Assembly (NCBI RefSeq): GCF_900083515.1
Contig: NZ_LT671858.1
Coordinates: forward strand, 960,001-992,000
Length of the DNA: 32,000 bases
Source: Cuniculiplasma divulgatum
GTDB taxonomy: Archaea; Thermoplasmatota; Thermoplasmata; Thermoplasmatales; Thermoplasmataceae
Direction: 5' to 3'
The translations under genes and the position numbers were made by a program. Below the pieces are notes generated by a model that saw only the letters and a list, made by a program, of their open reading frames with translations, was not told the DNA's origin and made no database searches. Below, in pieces: positions 8,923 through 18,306 of this stretch; position 1 is the stretch's first letter; the number at the start of each line of letters is the position of its first letter.

Positions 8923-9249
8923 TTGGATAACCGTGAAGAACTAATGAAGTGGATGAGAGAAAGGCCAAAAGGATTTTCCACTATACATGAAGTTGAGAGA
9001 GAGAAAGATATTGTTGTCGTAATACCCACAGCTGATTTCAACGGGAAGTTTGCAATAGATTGCAGAGAAAGTATATTCAAAGGTTTGCACATCATTTTTG
9101 TAGAAAGTAGTGGAAGAGGAGATTTTTACTTTAGCATTGCGCACAATTTCAATATCGGTATTAAGAAGGCGATGAAGTATAATCCAAAGTGGGTTGTTGT
9201 TTCTAATGATGATATGCATAAAATTGATGATTTGAATAAATTGCACTGA
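8923..9249 (+). pseudogene. Orphan N-terminal fragment of a GT2-type (GT-A fold) glycosyltransferase
   Basis: 'DIVVVIPTADFNG...' and 'KWVVVSNDDM' (DxD region) are GT2-like. The frame then stops at 108 aa (TGA at 9247) with no continuation in any frame. It starts only at a TTG. Confidence 0.5.
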
Positions 9250-9359
9250 AGGTACAATATTACAATAACATTAGGATAACGACTTCAGCACATTGACCTA
9301 CGCAACAAAAAAATTGAATACCGAAACAAATTAAATTTTATATCCTTTTTATGAAGGAT

Positions 9360-10193
9360 TCAATCATACTCAGATTCATCAAATATTGCGAAATTAAACC
9401 TCTCAGCGTTTTTCCTCAAGATATCAGGTATGATAGATAAATCAACTTTTTTGAGAATTGCCGCAGGCCAGATTTTCTTATATCCCCTGTAATCAAAGGT
9501 TGATTGCACATTCTTTAAAAAATCTTTATAAGAACCTAGACTGGGGTCAGAGTTAATTGCTGCATTAATATGAATGCGCCATTTCTTTGCCATTGCATCA
9601 GGTTTCCTAACAGTACTAGTATGCCAAACTTCAAAATTTTTATTTGTGGAGGGATCATAATATGGCTTGAATTCTCTCTTTTTAAAGATCTTTCTTAATA
9701 CATCATTAACAAAGTTACCAAATACGAAATTTGCTGCATATGGAGGTGTTACCCCAGCCGCCCCGGCCCTACCAATCGGCCTATTCCCATAGTGAATTCT
9801 ATAATAGAACTTAGGGAAAACGTTAACTATCTCAGTTTCTAGATTACCAAAAAAATCCCTCTCACTAATGGCATATGCTTTTTTCCTGTCCAGATTCGTT
9901 GTATCTATTCTTTTTGGCACAAATTCATCCGTGTCTAGCATTACTTTCCAATCTGTGTTCAATAGTTTCTGTGCCTTTTCTTTTCCTCTTAAAAAAAAAT
10001 CCTCATTAGTTCTGTCAGGTATCGAAGGTTCTTTTATAATAGTAACATTAGAAGGGGGATCAATTTCCATTTCACCGTATATAACTAGGGCCAGTTGATC
10101 AAAATACTTAGAGTTCCATTCCAGCCACAAATCGACAGGATATCCCAATTCCTTCCAATCATTAATCGTAAATGCATAGGCACCAATTGTCAT
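9360..10193 (-). CDS. Putative GT-A glycosyltransferase (Glyco_tranf_2_4/GT92-like)
   Basis: 277-aa ORF with an ATG start. 'FTINDWKELGYPVDLWLEWNSKYFDQLALVIYGE' resembles the N-terminal NE..i.eWl.hh motif. 'DWKVMLDTDEFV' matches the dW....D.DEF catalytic motif of that family. Confidence 0.5.
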   Translation of the reverse strand: MTIGAYAFTINDWKELGYPVDLWLEWNSKYFDQLALVIYGEMEIDPPSNVTIIKEPSIPDRTNEDFFLRGKEKAQKLLNTDWKVMLDTDEFVPKRIDTTNLDRKKAYAISERDFFGNLETEIVNVFPKFYYRIHYGNRPIGRAGAAGVTPPYAANFVFGNFVNDVLRKIFKKREFKPYYDPSTNKNFEVWHTSTVRKPDAMAKKWRIHINAAINSDPSLGSYKDFLKNVQSTFDYRGYKKIWPAAILKKVDLSIIPDILRKNAERFNFAIFDESEYD

Positions 10194-10242
10194 GATAATT
10201 ATTTGTTTATTTATTTAATGTTTATAAATATTAGCTATTAGA

Positions 10243-11310
10243 GATAGTGTACAGAATCTTGTGTAACCATAAATCATGATTGCAAAATTCATACAAAGAA
10301 AATGATGCCTCCTTGAATATTGAACACAAACAAGGAGGCATATGTATATGGAAAACCATGGCCAGAAGAATGGATATTATAACAGATCCATGATGGCAAG
10401 GATTGGAAAATAAAGGAACTGAATGTACCTAGAGATAGAGAAGGATCATTCAAAATATCTATATTCGAACCATATTTCAGATCCATAGGAATAGAAAGAA
10501 CTCATAATGGCACTTTACTCTAAGAGTATATCCACAGGGAATAGTGCTAAAATAATGAAGATAATATTTCAGAATAGATATTTAAAATCAACCATATCAG
10601 CAATAACTTAAGCCACACATGAAGAGGTAAAAAGATTCCAGGAGAGATCTCTTGATCGAAGATATATTGCCATATTCCTTGGTGGATTATTCTTTTTCAT
10701 GAGAAGAGACATGGTAGAAAAAGAACCTTTCAAAATTGTCATGGGGATAAGGGAACCTCCATTATTCATAGCAGATGGTATACCAAAATTTGATGAGGAA
10801 ATAAGAAAGATATTTCCAGGATCTGATTTCCAGTTATGCACCATTCATGCATCAAGAAATCTTGAATCAGATGCAGAATAATCGGATAAGGAATGAAATA
10901 GATCGTGATCTAAAAGATATATTAAGATCAGGCACAAAGGATTCTGCAATTGAAAGATTTACTCACTTCAAAAGCAAATGGTCATCAAAGTATCCAAGGC
11001 CTGTGTACAATCTGGAGAAGAAGCTTGGATATTTGTTCACTTACTTTCAGTATCCTGAAAGTATCAGGGGATCACTTCACTCATCGAACATAATAAAGAG
11101 GATGAACAAGGAGATTAGAAGAAGAATAAAGGTTATAGATGCACTACCAAGTGAAAGTTCAGTAATGAAGATCATATATCTAAAAGTGGCTGAACTGAAT
11201 GAAGGATGGTTCAATAGAGTGATAAAGGGATACTGTAAATGTAAGGATGAGAACACAGATGTGTTCAGGGAGAGGTATCCTTGATATTACACTTACTTCC
11301 GGACACTATC
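10243..11310 (+). mobile_element. Second, heavily degraded IS256-family element with about 24-bp imperfect inverted repeats
   Basis: Left 'GATAGTGTACAGAATCTTGTGTAA' (10243-10266) versus the reverse complement of 11287-11310, 'GATAGTGTCCGGAAGTAAGTGTAA'. Inside are transposase fragments in several frames: 'ELNVPRDREGSFKISIFEPY', 'FIADGIPKFDEEIRKIFPGSDFQLCTIHASRNL' and the 145-aa C-terminal ORF 10847-11284 ('SSNIIKRMNKEIRRRIKVIDALPSE'). Confidence 0.7.
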
Positions 11311-12440
11311 ATTAAACTGATTAACGTTTACTAACTATGTCAATTAATATACACACTTAAACAGAATTTTAATAAATAATTTGTCAAATCCAAAATAATT
11401 ATCCAGAAAATCATAACTATTTTTTGTCTTCTTTAGTCTCCAGAATGTATTAAATATGGGTAGCATTTTGATCCTTAAAATTTTTAACTTCCTTTAAATA
11501 CTTATATGTCAGATTTTATAATATCAATACATAAGGTTAAAACTGCCAATTTTGTACTCAACAGAAGAGTTTGTAAGGGCTAAGAACTTTATTTTTTTTA
11601 ATGTTGTTCAATATCTTATACTAATTTAAAACAAATTTAAAGTTTAACTTTTCCTGCGCCTGATAAAACTGTATTATCAACCTTTAAGGAAAATCCTTAA
11701 GATGGCTGCTTAAGTACCAATGAAACAATTAATGCCGTTATAACCGTAATTCCATCTATGCATGGTCTTATGTTTCCTTATGCTTTTATTGATAATGCCT
11801 TAAAGTCTTTATGTGTTGATTACAGAGTATGCATACTAAACCTGTTCTACCATTGCCTAATAGAATATGGATATATCAGTATTTGTCCGTAGGATTCTTC
11901 AATTTTATCATAATTCTTGTTCCAAAGAATCTGGTTTGTCAGAATCCATTTTCGTTTCCTGTTTGACAATCTCCTTATGTCTTATTTATCATCTTACAAT
12001 AACGTTTGTGGTAAATTCCGATTCGATCCGTGTAACTTTCCATAATAACATAACCAATTATACAATTACTGTCTTCGTGTGATTCTGAATATTGTTTATA
12101 CAAACCCTTCTATTTCTTCACCTAATCAATTCGGTTCTATATACAAGTTTAATGTAATCCGCTGATATTAAACAGTTTAACTCCACTTTAAGGTTATTTT
12201 AACAATTTTTCAAATTAAAAATAAATGTTTTTAAATAAATAGAAGACCTCATTAATTTTTTGCAATGAAAATAAAATATGCGATCTAGCATTTACAAAAT
12301 GTCGTTAGATAAATTCAAAAACCTACAATAAGTATTTATAATAGTGTGCAAAATTGATTTATGCAGGAAAAATAAACTTTAAATCATAATTTTAAATCAT
12401 ATTTAGGTAAATTTGGTATTGTTCTAAAACATATAAGATC

Positions 12441-12908
12441 ATGAATTACGAAATAATAATTCAAATTATTACGGGACACCTAAATGGAAAGTCTTTGAGA
12501 GAGATTGCCGCTGAACTGGATATATCGAAGGATGCCGCAGCGAATGTCATAAAGGATTGGAAAAATGGAAAGATTAATTTTCTTCAAAATGCCATTCCTG
12601 AGGAAAGTTTCATAATAGATCTTGCCAAGTATCTGAAAAAGGCCGGCATTACCTTTGAGGAAATACAGATGGCTCTAGTCCAGATAGAAGAATGGAAGGA
12701 TATGGCTTTTGACACTGAACAAATAGCATCCATCTTCAGGGCATTCCATGGCATAGATCCCAATGATATACAGGATATAGTCGGCACAGTTACAAGAATG
12801 AAGGCCGGGGGAATAAACTATAGTGAACTGGATTCTCAGGTTACAGAGCTTCAACAGGAAAGAGAAAAACTCCACAGGGAAATTAAAGAATGGGAGGATA
12901 TGATCTGA
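12441..12908 (+). CDS. HTH-domain protein (155 aa), first segment of a long interrupted frame
   Basis: 'LNGKSLREIAAELDISKDAAANVIKDWKNG' is a resolvase/transposase-OrfA-like helix-turn-helix. It ends in a heptad-like 'ELQQEREKLHREIKEWEDMI' immediately before TGA at 12906-12908. Confidence 0.55.
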   Translation: MNYEIIIQIITGHLNGKSLREIAAELDISKDAAANVIKDWKNGKINFLQNAIPEESFIIDLAKYLKKAGITFEEIQMALVQIEEWKDMAFDTEQIASIFRAFHGIDPNDIQDIVGTVTRMKAGGINYSELDSQVTELQQEREKLHREIKEWEDMI

Positions 12909-12971
12909 TCACTGGAATCAGATATAAAGAGAAAAGAACCAACGATCACTTATCTGGATAAACAGATTGAA

Positions 12972-13562
12972 TTGAGAAATTCTAACATTAGTTCATTGAA
13001 GAAAACAGAAGATGAACATAAGGACAGGATCTCCCTTTCAGAAAAAATCTGGGAAAAATGTGAAAAACTGGGTATCAATCTGAATAGTCTGGATTCATTC
13101 ATGAGTTATGCCTTGAATCTAGAATATAAGATTGATGATGTAAAGTATGCCAGTTCCCTCAAAAACTATCTGGATACAAATAACAAGAAAGGGGATATAC
13201 TGCTAAAACTAAATAAAAAACTGAATTATATTCAATCGATTGGCTGGAATATAGAATCAGTGATTGATGTAGCAGAATCATTAAGAAGTACAAAACGTAA
13301 TAAAGAGGAAATCAAAAGTGACCTATCAGATCTGGAGGGGGCACTCAAATCAATCAATGGTCAAATTTTATTGAAACAGACTGAAGCAAACTTATTTGCA
13401 AACCAAACAGATAAACAGAGTTCAATTATTGATAAGTTGATTGGGACCATTCGAATTTTAGAAAATAGAAAATCGAAATTAGAGGGAGAGATTAAGGATG
13501 AAAGTCAAATCCTTGAAAATATTAAAGAGGAGCAGAAGGCCATTGAAAAACGGAGGGAATAA
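12972..13562 (+). CDS. Coiled-coil protein (196 aa from a TTG; the frame is open from 12909)
   Basis: Same frame as 12441-12908, with no stop in the 21 intervening codons ('SLESDIKRKEPTITYLDKQIE'). Charged heptad-rich sequence ('ILENRKSKLEGEIKDESQILENIKEEQKAIEKRRE'). No ATG start. Confidence 0.5.
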   Translation: MRNSNISSLKKTEDEHKDRISLSEKIWEKCEKLGINLNSLDSFMSYALNLEYKIDDVKYASSLKNYLDTNNKKGDILLKLNKKLNYIQSIGWNIESVIDVAESLRSTKRNKEEIKSDLSDLEGALKSINGQILLKQTEANLFANQTDKQSSIIDKLIGTIRILENRKSKLEGEIKDESQILENIKEEQKAIEKRRE

Positions 13563-13859
13563 GCAGAACAATATGTTTTAGTTGGTAGTGCAATTTTATA
13601 TTTCATAAAGGGTGATGATCTTGGTGGGATATTATACGAGATATTTAATTCAAATGGAATAATCAAATCTTACAAAAATTTTGAAAATAAGCTTAGAAGC
13701 TCCTTTTTTAATTCAATTATTGAATTATCAAAGGGTGAAATTGCCATTATTGAGTATACAGATAAAAAAACCATGAAGATTATAGACGGAAGGGAATACG
13801 AAAATGCTCAGGAAGTTATAAAGAAGGCAAAGCAGGTAGAGATTCAAAAGAGGAAATAG
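13563..13859 (+). other. Start-less open frame of 98 codons continuing the 12441 frame after TAA
   Basis: The 98 sense codons directly after TAA 13560-13562 are in the same frame ('AEQYVLVGSAILYFIKGDDLGGILYEIFNSNG...KKAKQVEIQKRK'), ending at TAG 13857-13859. The only ATG/GTG/TTG in frame is near codon 70. An open stretch this long is unexpected for non-coding DNA of this AT content. Confidence 0.4.
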
Positions 13860-13864
13860 AGAAA

Positions 13865-14377
13865 ATGATCGACATGTATGGTCACGATCACCAGTCCTTC
13901 ATAGAGGATGTTTTTACAGGAAAAGCAGACATATCTTTAAAATTCTCAGCCTTTTTTATAAAGAAATTTGAAGCTGTTATGAATGAGAACATTAACAAGA
14001 CTCTTCATCAAATTTTAAATTCATTCTATAGAACACATTTTGGAGATAGTTTACCAGTTGAAATACAGTTAAATGGAAAGGTTGAAACAGGATCGATAAA
14101 ATATCATTCGGTCGTAGATGCTCTATTAAATAACTATAGATCCGTTACTGTTGAAATTCCAGAAAATTCTTCCAAGGTTGAGGTACCCATATGTAGGGCT
14201 ATCAAGTTCCTTCTGATGGATATACTGGATGAGGAGAAGGGAAATGTGACAAGGACTAAATTACGGAAGATCTACAGTTTAAGCAAAACAACCAAAGCAG
14301 TCAGAGATGTTTCAAATGCAATTGGTAGCTTTACGATATCACCTGTATTTAATCCAAAAAAGAGAATTAATCATTAA
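13865..14377 (+). CDS. Hypothetical protein (170 aa)
   Basis: ATG ORF 5 nt after the preceding stop, co-directional with it. No family recognised. Confidence 0.45.
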   Translation: MIDMYGHDHQSFIEDVFTGKADISLKFSAFFIKKFEAVMNENINKTLHQILNSFYRTHFGDSLPVEIQLNGKVETGSIKYHSVVDALLNNYRSVTVEIPENSSKVEVPICRAIKFLLMDILDEEKGNVTRTKLRKIYSLSKTTKAVRDVSNAIGSFTISPVFNPKKRINH

Positions 14378-14699
14378 ACCATTTTAAACAATTATTGCTT
14401 TCTTACTTATAGTGGTTTTTCTACTCCATTATGGATTTAAGGGATCTTCTTAATTTTCCCTGATGATTTGTTCTCCTAACATGAAAATGTAATTCTATCA
14501 ATCAAGTTTCTAAGTTTTAATGCCAAATATTTAGATCATCTTTATGATTAACATAATTCATCGTGGAAAACATTCAACATAGGGTCACTAAAAGGTCTAA
14601 CAGAAATCATGTATTAAAAATTGTTCAACTAAGCTACAAAGTTGCTTTCAAATTTGCCTTATTTTGCCTTGTTCTCCATAAAATTCTAATAATCTATAT

Positions 14700-15705
14700 A
14701 TTGAATTTAGTTTATATTTTTTTTCTCGCAAACAATTGTCCTTTATCTAATAAATATCCTTTTATCTGGCCATGGTTTTCCATGAGAAATACATCCCTTT
14801 CTGTATTCATCAGATCCTCAAGGAATTCCTTCATATCTCTTCTTGCCACTTCCGTTACAATTTTATCAATGTCTTCTATATACATATGCCTCCTTGGTTG
14901 TGTTATGGCGACATCATAATTACTATTACGGATATACCAGATATTTTCGCAATGCAGTATCTCTTCCAGAATGGAAAAAGTTCTCTCAATCTCCTATCTC
15001 AATCTGTATCTTGATTTATTGCTCTTCCTTATGATTATGCCCTGCTTCCTGGTGAATGTGAGATTATTTTCATCAAAGCCCTTCTTTTGTTTGTATCTAT
15101 CACTGGAAGGGCATGTGTGTACTCAAAGACATAATCATATATGAGAGGGATCATATGCTGCATGAATGAGTATGTATTCATGGTCTCGTATGGAATCTAT
15201 CATCTCTATGGCCACTGTGATATCATGAATGGATGCAGTTGTTATATTCAAGGATAGCAGTAGAATCTAAATCCTGAGACATATGTACCTTCCTTCCATA
15301 TTGAAAGCCCTTCATCCCGTAACCCCATGAACTATCAGGATCTTTATAGTTGTGGGATTTTCTCATTCTCTTTGAGGTGGAATCCCTGCATGTTTTTACA
15401 ATGAAGCTATCTATGACAGCGTTTTCGTTGCTTGTGTCAATGATACAGGCATTGATCTCATGCCACTCCATTCTGATTACCCTGTATAAAAGTGTGGGGA
15501 AATTTGGAATCACATGTATTCTGAGTAGATCCAGTAGTTCTCGATGGTTGTTGAAGAATTTTCTGGAAGATCTGTAAGAAATGCCATAAATCTTTAGGAT
15601 CACAAGGATCTTAACAATAACCCTGTTCGAGAACTTCTTCACCCTTTCCTCAGAAACAATCTTTTCCAGCATTTCCATGATCAGTGGGATATGGTTCGTG
15701 CCCAT
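14700..15705 (-). pseudogene. IS5/IS4-type DDE transposase, frameshifted
   Basis: The N-terminal ORF 15223-15705 contains 'ISYRSSRKFFNNHRELLDLL...IPNFPTLLYR' and 'AVIDSFIVKT'. After its stop the next frame reads 'ASIHDITVAIEMIDSIRDHEYILIHAAYDPSHI' (anvHDs...aDaaYds motif). A third frame then reads 'YDYVFEYTHALPVIDTNKRRALMKIISHSPGSRA'. I could not identify convincing terminal repeats. Confidence 0.6.
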
Positions 15706-16017
15706 ATCTCATTATTATTTTAAGATTGATAATGCTTGATAATTGTCGAACATTTAATCGATCCTAGAACACTCTAAGTATATAATTACGAATTTCCATA
15801 TTCAAGATAATTGGGGAAATTTTCCTTTCACAAGTAATATGATGGCGTTCTTGAAAGAATCTTATTTAAATCCTTTATGAAGAGCATCCTTAGTCTCGTT
15901 TAAATTGGATATTTACCTCATTTGTTTCAACGGTGTGTAATTAATAAATTATTGACATAATTCATAACGTTCAATCTGAAAAATTATTATATACTCTTTT
16001 AAAATAAACAAAATGAA

Positions 16018-18168
16018 TTGAGTCGGAGTATTAAGGATAAGGAACATATTGGGAAATGGGTATTTATCTTCGTAATTATTTGCTATTTTGCAATTGCACC
16101 ATTTACGTCCTTTGCTTATGATGAAGCTTTTTATTTTCAGTATTTTCGTTGGTTATATCTTTATTCTGTGCAACCCTATTATCTATGGGTTTTCGGAGCT
16201 TTCTATAATGCCATTAATGTAGGATCTCTTGGATTCAACTTACCTTTTTACTTACTTGGATTAGATAATGTAATAATTCAGCAATTTTCTACTAAGTTAC
16301 CTTTTATTATGGCCGCAATAATTACTTCGTTAGCCATCAATAGAACTGTTAGTTCCTTAAGAACAGGCGATAAAATAAAACTAAATCCTGCAGTCATGTT
16401 CCTACTGTTACCAATTACCATTTTTGACGTGGCTATTTTTGGCAATCCATTGATAATAGCAATCATGTTCCTTTCACTTAGTTTATTAAGTTTAGTGAAA
16501 AACAGAATGTATTTTGCATCCATGTTTTTAGGTATTGCTGCAGCAACATATCTTTATCCAGTTTTTTTTATCCTACCACTTTTAAAATTAGTTAAATATA
16601 AAAAAAATAGAAATTCTATGCTATTTGCATTTTTGATTTTTCTCTTAACCCTTGGGATTGGGCAGTTTCTACCCGTACTAATTTCTTTACTTACCTCTAC
16701 ACCAATTTCATCTACCGTACTCGCCCCATTATTAGACCTAAATTCATCCATAACGGTTACATCAAGCCTTCCTTCAGCCTGGGGGCCATATTACATTATC
16801 TATGCCACGCTCCACATAGAAATGAGTACTCACATCATAGAATACATTTATTTCTTAACTATGCTTTTACCTGTATCTGTCTTTTTAATTACGAGGAAAG
16901 AACCGACTATCGAGAGATTTATAAACTTTTTATTTTTGGATAGTTTGATGTTTGTAATTTTCTCTATAACTGCCACCCCTCAATATCTTTTGGCAATTGC
17001 TCCCTTTGCAGTTTATTTTTATTATTTAAAAAATCCTAGCTATTTTATTCAGATTTTGTCAATAGTAACTTTTTTAGATGTTTTGATATTGTTTAATAAT
17101 TTGCCATTATTGTATTTCTTTTCAAATGTAGATCCATCCTTAGTTTATTCATACAATTATTTTAGACTGGACAAACTTGATATTCTCCTCCTTTCTCTAA
17201 TTTATATTATATTCTTGTTTTTTACTTTAATTTATTACTTTAGAAATTATTTGGATAGCGAAACTACATTATCATTAATTGATAAAATATCTAAGAACAA
17301 AAACAGAATTAATAAAACAAATGGTGTTATAAGACGTGGAATTGTTTTACTTTCAATAATTTTGATTGTGACTCTAGTGATTGTGACTCCTCTCATAAGT
17401 AGTGCACCAAATAGTATGTATTTTACAAAGCAAGCAGACTCCGAAAGCGTAAGTTCTTCCCTTGGAGTTAGCGTGAAGAATGTTACAACGTATAATTTAG
17501 ATTTCGCCGGAAACTATAACCTTTTGAATACATACACCAAAGAAAACAGTAAATATTTTCTTTCTATTCCTAATTATAAATTAAATTCGAGTTGTTTTGC
17601 TTATAGAAATGTATCGTTTCCAAATAAAAATAGTACCCTTTTCTCAGTTATAATCAATTCTACAGCAAATCCAGTCATCGTCGGAGAACCAGTAACTTTT
17701 GTTTCTCATGTATATAATGGCATATCACCATATCAGTATGCTTGGTATGGTGGAGGCAATAAAGAAACGCAAAATGAAACATCTATTTTCTACTCTCCTG
17801 GAGATTGGTCTGTTGAAGTTGAAGTAACAGATGGCAATGGACAAAAAATTATAACTAACTACACAGAAGTAGTTAAGGATGACTATAATGTGGAATTTAA
17901 TTCTCACTATTTGAAAGGATTTATTGCTTCCAATTCATACAATGTTATTATCAATTCTTCCTACATACATAATAATAATCAGGTTACATTTATTGGCAAT
18001 TTTCAGAAAAATAAAACCGTTACTCTTTCCCTTTCTATGACCTGCAATGTACCAGACAATGTAATATTAAATCATACGCTATATGTACTTATTGGCTTTA
18101 TTTCTACCTCTATAAGCATTTGTTCTTTTTTTTACGTTTTTAAAAAATTAAGGACCAAGGATCTTTAA
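16018..18168 (+). CDS. Polytopic GT-C-like membrane glycosyltransferase fused to an extracytoplasmic PKD-like domain and a C-terminal TM anchor
   Basis: 716 aa with a TTG start. There are roughly a dozen hydrophobic segments up to about 17410. An acidic first-loop motif 'AYDEAFYFQYF' is present. 'FGNPLIIAIMFLSLSLLSLVKNRMYFASMFLGIAAATYLYPVFFILPLL' resembles DUF2029/GT87/PMT_2-type GT-C enzymes. 'GEPVTFVSHVYNGISPYQYAWYGGGN...GDWSVEVEVTDGNGQ' (about 17650-17885) is PKD-like. The tail is sequon-rich and ends in a final TM segment, 'LYVLIGFISTSISICSFFYVF'. Confidence 0.6.
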   Translation: MSRSIKDKEHIGKWVFIFVIICYFAIAPFTSFAYDEAFYFQYFRWLYLYSVQPYYLWVFGAFYNAINVGSLGFNLPFYLLGLDNVIIQQFSTKLPFIMAAIITSLAINRTVSSLRTGDKIKLNPAVMFLLLPITIFDVAIFGNPLIIAIMFLSLSLLSLVKNRMYFASMFLGIAAATYLYPVFFILPLLKLVKYKKNRNSMLFAFLIFLLTLGIGQFLPVLISLLTSTPISSTVLAPLLDLNSSITVTSSLPSAWGPYYIIYATLHIEMSTHIIEYIYFLTMLLPVSVFLITRKEPTIERFINFLFLDSLMFVIFSITATPQYLLAIAPFAVYFYYLKNPSYFIQILSIVTFLDVLILFNNLPLLYFFSNVDPSLVYSYNYFRLDKLDILLLSLIYIIFLFFTLIYYFRNYLDSETTLSLIDKISKNKNRINKTNGVIRRGIVLLSIILIVTLVIVTPLISSAPNSMYFTKQADSESVSSSLGVSVKNVTTYNLDFAGNYNLLNTYTKENSKYFLSIPNYKLNSSCFAYRNVSFPNKNSTLFSVIINSTANPVIVGEPVTFVSHVYNGISPYQYAWYGGGNKETQNETSIFYSPGDWSVEVEVTDGNGQKIITNYTEVVKDDYNVEFNSHYLKGFIASNSYNVIINSSYIHNNNQVTFIGNFQKNKTVTLSLSMTCNVPDNVILNHTLYVLIGFISTSISICSFFYVFKKLRTKDL

Positions 18169-18306
18169 TTTATTAGATAAATGATGGTCATTTTGTATTA
18201 ATTTAATGGCCCTCAAAATAAGACAGTTCCTGCTTCCAAATATAACACTGACTAAATATATTTTGATTTTAAAGAAATTTAAACAGAACAATTTACAGTA
18301 AAATTC

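Noticed and set aside
10289-10844. Minus-strand ORFs 10289-10486 and 10608-10844 as genes
   Set aside because: They are antisense to recognisable IS256 transposase fragments on the + strand and have implausible composition. They are artefacts of a decayed element.
11867-12082. 71-aa ORF in the 1.1-kb gap 11311-12440, and the possibility of hidden gene remnants there
   Set aside because: The translation is hydrophobic and low-complexity with no motif. I translated both strands of parts of the gap by eye and found only short stop-riddled frames. A small hairpin, TTAAGGA-aaa-TCCTTAA (about 11684-11700), is too weak to call.
14400-15790. Terminal inverted repeats and target duplications for the IS5/IS4-type element
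   Set aside because: The best candidate pairing (about 14575-14590 against about 15745-15760) matches only about 10 of 14 positions, and another similar pair is in direct orientation. That is not enough to define the element ends.
16018-18168. Annotating the 716-aa membrane protein as the oligosaccharyltransferase AglB/Stt3
   Set aside because: No WWDYG motif or DK/MI-type motif is present anywhere in the protein. The TM-core motifs look more like the DUF2029/GT87/PMT_2 type of GT-C enzyme.
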